Source of the DNA: Saccostrea echinata
Taxonomy: Eukaryota
Reading direction: 5' to 3'
Assembly: GCF_033153115.1 (NCBI RefSeq)
Contig: NW_026889835.1
Coordinates: forward strand, 2,046,001-2,110,000
DNA length: 64,000 bases
Positions 43,001 through 55,000 of the stretch are shown piece after piece (position 1 is the first letter of the stretch; the number at the start of each line of letters is the position of its first letter). The translations under genes were made by a program, and so were the position numbers. The notes under the pieces were generated by a model. That model was not told the DNA's origin and did no database searches. It worked only from the letters and a program-made list of their open reading frames with translations.

Positions 43001-46000
43001 GCTTAATTTCTCATAACATGCAAAGAGTTGAGTATTGGGTGTTGAATAGCATTCATTTTTTAACTTAACATGCAAAATAAGATAATTATAATTTTGAATG
43101 GATTATTTCAGCAAGATATAAAAAGAGATGACTTTTTTCCTCAAATTGCAATTTAGACCAATTAGTAACAGAAATAATCAGGCATCGTCCAAAAAAACTT
43201 CGAAATCCCTAACAAACATGTATTCTATCCAGAAATTTTATGGCCACGTGTGGGACAAAGATCATTCCTCAGAGATTGCACAACCTTGACTTAGAGATGA
43301 CTTATCGAGACTAATGAGAGTAATTACCATTCACAGAAGTGTACACAACCTGTCATACGGGTGTTCATTTAGAAGATTACCACCATATAAAGTTTCAGAC
43401 TCATCTTGCACCTGTGAGGGTAAAAAAAAACTACTTGACTTTCATTTCACGAAAAAAAGAGGTTAAAACAGCAAATGGGATAATGGACAAAAGTTCCAAA
43501 TGATCGGAAACCATTAATGTTTTGGACATGTGACTCCTTTGAATTCGGTGCTTTAACCCTAGTTTTAAATCTAAATGCACCAAATGCCTAATCCACTCAA
43601 GCTGAGTTGCTAATTAGAGCTTTTGTGTGTCACAGTTCATGGTCTGAAGCAAAACAAATTTTCAAAGAGTCTGTGCATGGGGTATATATCTAATCATTTA
43701 TTGGACTGCCTTTGTTTTTTGTTTTCACAATTTTTCACAAAAGTGTGCTTGAAATTGACCAAAGGAATCTCAAACCTGACATAACTAAGCTCCCCTTCCA
43801 GTTTCTTTTTGATACAATGTATATATTTGTTCAGTTAAAAAAAAAATCAATTGCAAAACTCTTGATTAGAAAAATTTACATTTAATTCTGATTTATATGT
43901 AGGAAAAGAAAGAAAATGGAAACAAACAGTGTGAGAGAACAATTCAAATTTATTTATTAAGAGATAAAATCTCTCAGTTTCTCACACTGCTCATGCAAGC
44001 ATGATTGCCGACAGATATATTTGAAATCTTATCCTGGACATTTTCTAGAAAAACTCTAACTTTAACCATAGAAGCTGCCTTTATTGTCATTTCTCATCAT
44101 CTTAAGTCATGGTCTGGACTCCGCACATAGCTCTCCTACCCATGAAGGCTTGATTATAAAAATTCTTGAAGTCTTGAATAATCATGCCTTATGTATGATG
44201 TCATGTTATAAATCAATGAAATGTTTGCACTGCAATTGAATTTAATGATAAACAACTAATGTTACATAAATTGCGATTGGATAATGATAGGTCACATCAA
44301 AGGTTATTTCTGAGTATGCTTTACTCGCATTGGTCAATATTTTAATTAGATATGAAATATTCTCCTCTCATTCAACCACGGACAGAATGGGAGAGGATCG
44401 TACATTTTGGCTGTAGTTTGCCATGATGGTAATTTCTCCACTTTATTTATAATTCCAGCCAACATCCAATACAAGATACAACATTTCTCCCCATGTAAAA
44501 CAGTCATGCATAGATTAACACTTTTTTAGAGAAATATATTGAATCCATACTGGCCCTTTCACTATCATGCCAACAAGAATTAGAAAAGTAACTGGAGGAA
44601 AATATCAAGAATATACAATAATAGTTCAGTACACCTCATGCAAAATCATAATCAGTCATGCATAGTAAAATGGGGAGTATCATTACCAGCATTTCCATAT
44701 GACCTGTATAAAACCAAAGGAGAATTAACATCTAAAACAATTCTTTTTTAACATTTATTGGAATATGCGACAAGAGGGAGACAACTCGTACAAGTTAAGA
44801 TCTTACGTTGATAAACATCAGTGTCTATGAAACACACTGCTCAATTTTTTGTGCAATAAGCACTTCTTGAAATTCATTTAGATATTGAAATGTAAATTTC
44901 AGACCATAAGAAACACATTTGAACAAGTGTGAATACAGAGCTTTTTCTTTATTTTGTTTGTGTGCTGGAAAATAACAGACTAAATGCAATGATGATGTCG
45001 ATGCTAACTTAACAAGCAAATTTGAAGAATTATGGTCCCTCACTTTCAGTGTTTTAGTTGTTGGTATGCAAGTATTTATGACATATTGTAACTGTCTTGT
45101 CTGTGTGTCCTGTCTTGTCTGTCCATCATGCAGAAAAAATTAGAACTATTTAATTAAGAAAAGTTACAGCAAAGAAATAAAGTTTCTTAAAACTACATTA
45201 ATCTTCAAGCTGAAGGTCATGAAGTCAAATATCAAAATACCATCTGAAAGGTCTCGTCACAAGTAATGCACATGTGAAAAAAATCTGAAAGAAAGGTGTC
45301 TCTTCTGAATCAAAAGTTAAGGATAAAGGTAAAAATTTTGATAAGCAGGTAAAACTTCTAGGTCAAGGACATGAAGTAAAATGATAGTTTTTTCTGAAGG
45401 ATTTTATCACAGGAAATGAAAATGTAAAAATGAAAGCCCTATCTTCTCTCATTCATAAGTTATCATCAATGTTAAAATTTTTGAAAAGGAAGTCAAACTT
45501 CAAAGTCATAGGGTCAAAAATCAAAGTGTATTTATAAAGGTCTTGTAACAGGTAATGCACATGTCAAATATAAAAACCCTACCTTTTCTCATTCATTAGT
45601 TATCAACAATGTTAATTTTTTTGAAAAGTAAGTCAAACTTCAAGGTTATGGGGTCAAAAATCATAGTATATTCATAAAGATCTTTTAACAGGTAATGCAC
45701 ATGTCAAACATAAATGCCCTATCTTCTCTCATTCAAAAGTTATCACCAATGGTAACACTTCTGAAAAGTAGGTCAAACTTCAAGGTCAAGGGGTCAAAAA
45801 TCATTGTTCAATTAGAAAGGTTTTGTCAGAGGTAATATACATGTGAAATATGAAAGTGCAATCCTTTCTCATTAAAAAGTAATGACTAAGGTTAAAGTTT
45901 TTGTGACAGACAGAATGACAGATGGACAGACAAATGAGATTTAATGGCCCCCATTTCTGCAAACTCGGGGGACAATAAATAAAAATAACTTACCTCTACA

Positions 46001-49000
46001 TTTTTATCTATTTGTTTTGCCTTAAGGTCCATCTCTGCATATTCAGCAGCTTCATTTAACTGTTTCTGTATGTTAGAGTTGTCTACAAGTCTAAACTGAG
46101 TATCTGTCAGATGTCTTTGTTCTGTAAAGTGAGTGTAAACAAATGCAAGATACATGAATCAGATTGCTCAATTCTCAGACAGAAAATTATTTCAAAGATT
46201 CTTCAGAAGAAGAGATCAAAAGAAATGTCCATATAACATAATTCACATACTAAAGATACAGTGAGCAAGCAGAAATGACAAAAGTCCTGTAGTTAAAATC
46301 ATGAACATTATATGCTACAAATATAAATACCATGCATGAAAAATGGTATGTTCTAAGGAAGATAACTCTTACCATCTCGTTTTTTGATGTCCAGATGAGA
46401 TTTAGTCACCGTTAGATCAGCACTGAGTTTTCTTTTGGTTGATTCTGCTGCTTTTGTATCGCCATCACTTCTCCTATAGATCACAAGAGAAATATAAAAG
46501 GAACGTGATGCAGACATCATCTAATATGCTAATAACTGGTACATAACTGATTTTTAACATCATCCTTGGGAAATTGTGCAATTTTCAATTTAATATCATA
46601 GTTTGAATTACATCTGTGCATATTTATAGTATATATACGTTCATTACACTACTATTTACATGACCTTTTGTTGAGACAAGACACTTACATTAGTTTATTT
46701 TCCACAGTTTTCTCAGCTGTTAAATCCTCTTGAATTTTATTAGTTTGCTCCTTCTTCTTTTCTCTGTAAGGAAGTTATTAATCATAGTTCCTTTGTATTA
46801 AAAGGGAATATTTTGAAAAATTATCAGTTAAACTGTCATGTTTCAAATTCAAGTAATGGAAGACAGTTATTATCTAAGCTCATATCTTACAATTTTTTAA
46901 CATGCACTGACAAAAGAAAAGCAACATCTTATTTGGAAAAAACAAATCAGATATTGTTTACGATTTTGTATTTCAACAGTGAGAACATCTTCGACTTTGA
47001 TTAGTTCTCATTTAAGGGTTGAATGATTTTCATTCCGTAACTGGACCAAAGTTTGCATGATGAACCCAACTAAGTGGAAATCATAAATTGCTTGTTTAAC
47101 AAAAAATCTGGGTTAACAAAAGCTTTTCTGTTCATCATAAATATTGTAGCATTATCCCCCCCCCTTCAAAAAAATCTCATTTCTTTCCCATAAGTGATGC
47201 CAATTCTGAAAATGGCTGTAAGCATGCATTTCAACTGCTTCTAGCATGAAATTCTCACAATAAACATGAGTGTTGCAGATGCAAAGATGCACTATATCAT
47301 GCCTCATCATTCTCATACTCTCACTAGCTTGAAAGACAGTTCATAGACTGGAAGTCCAACAGTTACTCCACGGTGCCAAGTTTGAGGAAATTCAACCTCA
47401 GCATTTGAGAAACAGGCACTTCAAAAAGACTAAAGAATATTTCTTTAGCTCAAATCAAGAGATTAATGAACTTGATGCATCATAGAATCTGAGCTATAAT
47501 TGTGCTTGGCGGACTTGTACGCTATAATTGAAAAGGGGGGGGGGGCAGTGAACAATTACCTCTTACTTCCTACAGTTAAAAGATAACTTTTAACATATCA
47601 ATCATTAATTCTCCAGTGTTTTTAAGTCAAGTTTTCTCCTATCCTTAAATATGTGTCAAATTGTGAATATCATAAGATAAAAAATTTAAAAATTCAGATA
47701 TTTGTAGTTAACTGCATGTTGCCTTTCTTTTGCATGTCAATCAGTAAATGTATAAAACTATTGCACTAAACTGTTTATTAAAAATATCTTACTTTTCCAT
47801 ATCAAACTTCTGTTTTCTCCCTTTTTGAGCCTCCATGTTCAATTTGATTGCAAGGTCAGCTAACTCTTGCTTTAATCGAAACTGTTCCTCCTATAAGAAA
47901 ACAAGAAACTACAGATGTTAGAGGGGAAAATGGAAAGTTCCGAGAATAGTTTGATGAAATACTAACTGTTTATCGGAAGTTAATAATCTTGATATCATTG
48001 GAAAGGGCAGAAATATAAGCACAATGACATATTGTGATGTACATCACTTAAAATTTTGTGTAATGTCATAATTCCGAATATGACATGAGAGCAAATTTTG
48101 GTTTTAATGAGAAAATATGAGATTGCTTCAGCTAAACCTTTCCTGTGCTTTAATCATTGCCCCATACTGATCATTACACCTGAAGAATTAATGCCAGTAA
48201 AATCTGCAGTATTGACCACTGTTCTCCTATCATTGTAAACTTTGTCATTCTCTCACAGCAATGACTTTTTTACCCAATATTTAGCATAAGACACAGAATG
48301 CCATGTATGACACAGTTTCAGACTTCCTCAAAACTCTAGAAGCTCCTGCTTGATTATATCTGTTTATGATAGACTGTAGTCTATATACCATAATCCTTTT
48401 CCCAGTTGGCAATAGTGTCAGTCAGCATGCATCCAAGAAATGTATTAATGACTTTCAAATTTTACTATGCTTAAATTTTGTCTTTTGTTATGTTAATTTA
48501 TGGTCACTATACTAAAAACACAGGATTCTGACATCATTTTCGGAGTAACCATATACAGGGCTAATTAAGCTCCTTCTTATTTTTACCTTTCCACACTTAC
48601 AAACAATTTTGCCCTGTTTTAAATTTGCCCAGATACAATTGTGTTTAAGAGATAATGCTGTCTTTCTTGAATTTGCTGGGCAATTTAAAATAGGGATGGG
48701 TATCACCACAAATTTTTATCGCAATATATATATATCACATTTTTTTTCAAAAAATTATCATGATAATATGATATTTTTACACTTAAATTTTACTATGATT
48801 TCAAATGAATTTCCCTATTTTTTCTAAGAAATATATTGTGAAAACTGAACTTCACTTTTTTTCATTTTTATTTTTATATTGATAAAGCATGTTTGGATGC
48901 TAGATGCTCTTGTTATACTGTTTTACAACATTTTTTACAATTCCAGGAATTGTAATTCAAAAGTTTGAACAAAATAGTCAATTATTTCTGGAATTTATCA

Positions 49001-52000
49001 TTACATATTCAAAATATTGGTATTTTAGTCTCCATATCACAATAGGTATCATGCATATCATGACACATGTATACCAATATACGGATAAACCTGTGCAACT
49101 CTTATAGTTTTAAATAAGCTGATTTGTAAGAGGGCAAAACTCGCCGCAAAAGGAGTGAAAACTAGAAATATGTCCATAGGACATGAATGCCCCATCAAGG
49201 GTATATTTGTAATGCAGCATGAAAATTTGTATTTAGTGTATGAAATTTGATGAGAATATCTTGAATAGTTTCTTTAAAATTGAAATCTAAAAAGTTGGAT
49301 ATAGATGATAAATTCTCACCAAATTATGTATAAGTGCATAAGCTTGCATAAATATATCTTAAATGATTTCTTTAAAACTAAGCAAAATGCAAATTCAAGA
49401 AAAGTGAGGTCAAGGTCTCAGGAAAGTTCACGGCCAAACATTTTTAATGCAGTTGAATAATTCTCACAAATACGTATCAGCATATTAAGTTTGATAAAAA
49501 ATATTATGAATGGTTTATTTAAGTTATAGTTACACTATAGATATTAATTGGTTAGCAGTAAATACACTCACAGTTTTTCATTCACGAGGGGCGGAGCCCC
49601 GAGTGAATAAAAATTGTGAGTGTATTTACAGCTAACCAATTAATATCTATTGTGTAAGTTACTTGTACCAGAGGACCAATGAGAGAAAAGCAAGTTGATA
49701 ATTAGCACCGCCTACTACGAGGTGTCAAGACACGGTCCGGAGTCTGCATAAATAGCTGTCTCCATCTGCAAGGATCATACTTTACTGCGGCACTGCTACT
49801 ACAAGTTGTTGATAAAAAAAATCGGAATTGGTACATGTGAAGATATTGTACCTTTGAAATGTTGAAGATGCAGGAAACATGATTTTTGTCAGGTACAGGT
49901 ATAGGGGTAGCGATTGTAGGCTTTTATGTTCAAGCCGTCAACTCTGAAAGAAAAGTTATCTTTCTAGATCGTTTTTTTTTTTTTTTTTTAAAGGGGGGAT
50001 GGATATGGGAAACATCGGCATTGAACTTTTTCTTTATGGCAATTGGCGTACAGCAAAAAATGAAATGATTTGTGACATTTTAATGAAAGTTTGAAATGGT
50101 ACTGGAAGTAAAAAAAATGCGGGGACTTCTGATGTGAAATTGCTATATGTATTTGGAGATGGGAAAGAAAATGACGAGAATTCGAGATAGGACGTATCAT
50201 TTACTGATTAAGGAAACGCGGAGAAAACATACAGAACCATTTATGAAGCGGACACCGACAAGCTAAATAGTGTTAGTATTTTTGAAATTTAAAATGTTGA
50301 CTTAATTCATTCATCAGCCATTGCCTTGGTCTTGAAATTGACATCATTCATTCATTAGTCAAGGTCTTGACACAGTATGGCTTGATGCCAAAAGGTGGGC
50401 GTGACTTAAAAAAAACTGTGATTCTTCTGGCAAATACACCACAGCAACATGAAAGCAAAATCTAAATTTACCGCCAGTCCTATGGTACAAAACAGAGCTA
50501 AACACTAATTTAAAATAAATGCAGGTAAGGTCAAAGGAAAGGTCAAGGTCAAAAAATGTTGATGCAGTTGAAAAGCTTACATCAGTATGTATTAGCATAT
50601 GAAGTTTGATAAAAATATTATGAATGGTTTCTTTAAAATTAAGTTAAACACAAAATGAGAAAAGTTAAAGGTCAAGGTGAATTCAGAATGATGTCACAAG
50701 ATGTGCATATTTTCCTGCTCTTTCTAATAAAATCAAGACAATTAACTTCTGTTAAATGGTTAATATTTCATCACATCATTCTGAGAACTTTTCAAATGTC
50801 CCTAAGATAGTCAAAATGTCCATATAGACAAGTAACCAAACTTGTGTCTGGGATCAAATTTAGAATTTTAATAACCAGGATTAAAACCTCATTAAAGCAT
50901 TACATACCTCCTTCTTTTTCATTTTTGTCTCATAATCAGAACTCATTCTCATGACATCCATTCTCTTAAGCTCCAATTCACTCATCTTAGCTTTGTACTG
51001 TCTGGATAAGTCTGACCTATCAAACAAGAAACGCAATATACTAGTATGTAATTTATTTCATAAATGTAAAATATTGGACTTGGTAAAGAAAAATAACAAA
51101 TTTCTTCATATTACAATACATGTATACAGAAAAACATCCTTATAATTAGGGATGTCAATTTTGTCAATAATTCATATTCGAATATTCAATGAAAGTACAT
51201 GTATTTGAATATATTCAAATATTCAATAAAATAAATAAAATCTGTTTTATTTTAAATATGCATCATCCTACTCTCATGAAAGGTTCAGCATAGGTATACT
51301 TATATTGGAAGTAAAATTGTATGAAGACTTTTGTAGGTGTACAATAAGAAATTCCATTTGATATTTGTCAATGTTTGAAATAAATAATTGATTTAAATGT
51401 AGAAAAGTATAATTTTAACAAATGAAACGTGTATTTATAGTAGCTCCAACTGAGGAACCAGTCAAAGGCAAGATAGTCGTAACGGTATACTGTTCAGATT
51501 TCAATACGTGTAATAAATTACAATTATCTGCCTGATAAGAGATATTGTTATAAGCTTTGATACAATGTAAACAAATATTTCCATAGACAATTTTCCTAGG
51601 TAATTACATGAAACTAATTTCCCGATAATGAATATAAAATTCAGGATTTTGTACAACCAGAGATAATCAAGTAATTTACTCATTTATTCTGAAATTAAGC
51701 CGTTTACAAAATTACTTACATATTATTTCTATCAGACATTCATTCAATGATCAATTAATTTTATTTTGATAAGTATACTCATCACGACTTTTAGACATTC
51801 TTAGATTTCACTTGTTGTTCTCGATTCTAGATCCGATCGTATCTAACTAATAAAAACTATGAAAGTACGTTTTGTATTATACATAAAGCATTACTGTACA
51901 ATTCTTTAACACCTTACTCAAAACAAAATACATGTAATTTAGTAGATTTATAAGATAAGAAAGTATTGAAAGAATCAGATGATCGAAATTGATCGCTAGT

Positions 52001-55000
52001 AAATTAAACAGGGATAATTCCAGCACTGTTCTAATCAAAATTTATTAATCACAGTACCTCTTTTTATGAAATCTGAAAAACACCGAATATTCGAATCTTA
52101 AATTCATATTCGAATATCAACTCATCGAATGAATATTTGAATGTTCGAATATTCGTTGCCATCCCTACTTATAATGGATTACAGTGAAGTGATTTTCATT
52201 CCCCATGGCTTTAATATATTGTAAACTAAATGGATACACATGTAATGAAATACATTTATTATAAACCAAAATCATCTGTCCCTGGGACCTTGTTATAGGC
52301 TTGTTTTACTGTAGATTACTACACATTTTTTATTTACCACTGTCTGGTTTTGAATACAGAATATTAAAATAAACAAAGAACAAAAATTGTTAAAATTACA
52401 CTCAGCAGTTCTGAAAAATATAACTTTTTTTATATGCTGATACTTTGACATAGCATGTATATGCTGTTACTTTGATATTATATTCTGATACTTTGATACT
52501 TTGACATTATATGCTGATATTGTGACATTATATGCTGATATTGTGACATTATATGCTGATATTGTGACATTATATGCTGATGTCAAAGTATCAGCATACA
52601 ATGTTAAAGTATCAGCATATAATGTCAAAGTTTCAGCATATACATGCAATGTCAAAATATCAAAGTATCAGCATAAAATGATGAAATGTCTTCACAAAAT
52701 GAATGTTATCCACATGATGCAGTTGAGGCATTCCACACTTTTTAATATGCATTTTTTTTTTCATGTACATAGAAATACAATAGTTTAAAAACTGCTAATC
52801 TTAGCGATTTCAATTTTTATTTTAATCATTGTATTCAGACAAAGAAAAACAAAGAATAAACAAAGTACACCATCCTGAAACTGAGCACCTATGTGTACTA
52901 GTGGTAGTCTTTCTACAAAATTTAGCATTTAATACTGAGGATTGTTATGAGTATGAAATTCTAAAGGCTGCAAAAGTTGCTTGCAAAAAATAATGCTTCA
53001 TAATATAGTTTATTTATTGACTTGAAATTCAGTAATAAATATGATCCACTAATACTGACATTTTTGTTGTTGTTGTTGAAATTTTGTAGTTTTTGTACAG
53101 TTTTTTTGATGAGTAGTGTACAGTATTTTCACCTAAATTACATTGTTTTCAAGGCTCCTGAACAGTATTTGGGTTTAAAATTTATCACATGTCATCCAAG
53201 AAAACAGCAAAAAGTAACCTGAGTGACCTAGGTGGCCTTATTAAAACTACACATGTACATGTACATATTCTGTTGGACTGCAGAACTTTAATTTACAATG
53301 AAGATACCAGAAGGGAAAGGTGCACCTGCTGGAAAAATTCATTGTGACTTACAAATAATATTCTTATGTCCACTAATCCTCGGCTAAGATGAATAAACTC
53401 ACACTGATTGATGACTCTTAACCTGACAGTGTGTATAATAATTATGTGTTTGATATGATTTAACTGTGCATAGCAAGTACTATTAAAAATAGTCATGACA
53501 TACAACATACCCTAAGTAGGCCATTTGAAGATTCTACATATCAGTGTGAAGGACATGAATCTAACATAAATGAGGTCAGCGTAACCTAGTATTGGGTCAA
53601 CAATACCTAATTTACAAAAACTAACATGGCACCTTTGCAGAAAATTTTCCTTAGCATGAAGAAAGACTTCTTCACTATTAAATGATGTATTTTACCATCA
53701 CCCATTTGATAATCGAACAAACTTACTTTGCAAGCTGATTTTTTCTATCCCGATCTTTGAAAGCCTGGTTAGCATGAACATTATTCTGTGTGCGATTCTT
53801 TGTTAACTGAAATTTCAAGCGTATAATGACAGATGCTATTAATTCAAACATGCACTATTTACTGTCAACACTTACAAGTGCAAAAATGCCTTTCTACTCT
53901 CTTGGTTATACTCTTGATTTTCAAGAATAGTTTTCCTAGTGCGCTCTTTGGTTCTCTGAAAAGAAGATACAAGATAACCATACAAAGACTTTCACCCAAG
54001 AAAAGAATCTCCACCCTGCAACTAGGCTATTAGATTAATCTTCAGCTGTAAACAAAAATCTGCCATCTGGATTTCAAGAAAAAAAGAAAACATAGAGCAT
54101 GTGCATCACTTGAAATAAAAAATCCCAATACAAATATAACATTCATGGACTTTAGTGTTTTCAAACACACCTCTTCCTTTTTATGAACATGGTCTCTTCT
54201 AAGCACTGTATATTTCTCCAGACCCTGACTAAGCTTCTTCTCTTCTGCCATTCTCTTCTTATTTATAGCTGAAAGTAAAGAACAAAAAAAACTTGTTTTT
54301 TTTTTTTTGTTTTGTTTTTTATCTTGTTATTTTTGTAAAGTACTACCTGATTCTAATGTTTTTGAAAGCCCTGAATTTGCATGCATACATGTATTAATGA
54401 TTTAATTTGACGCTTTCACATTGTCAATACATGTTTTGGGAAAATGATAATTTATTTCATAATCTAGCTAAAACTAATTCAAAGCAAGATGAAAATTTGC
54501 AGATTCAAAGAACTTAAATAAACATTATTTCCATCAGATGTATAATAAAAGTTTCACATTTACCCTGTTTCAGAGAGTGTACAGATCCTTAAATAGACTA
54601 TAAACCCTAATTTATATTAAATGCAAGTAAGTCTGCTTGAGAAATCATTTCTTAAATAGGCCTGCATTGTATTTTACAATTTCCTACAATGTTTCATTTG
54701 GCAATGCATGGATTTTGCATACATAATTTTTAAACAGAGGGTCTATCTGATTGTGTGCATACCGGTATCTATAATACATAATATATGCTTCAGAACATGA
54801 AATCTGAATTTTTTTATATACATGTACTGATATATTGACATTTGTTTTTCCTTTAGTGCCTTTATATCAATTAATACAAATGCCTCCAAACTAGGGACTG
54901 TTCTCCAGTTATAAATAACTATGTGTCAAGAATGACTTTCTTCCGATTATCATTTACAATCTGAGTCTTTGAATCTGAACAAATACACACATTCCTTGAA

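Noticed and set aside
48691-49106. Third TAGGGATG-starting hAT-like element
   Set aside because: The right TIR is too degraded and no TSD was found. The same applies to the lone ACAGCCCTA end near 58150.
52467-52788. ORFs with TLYADIV/SAYNV peptide repeats on both strands
   Set aside because: Translation artefacts of the 21-bp palindromic minisatellite; no splice context.
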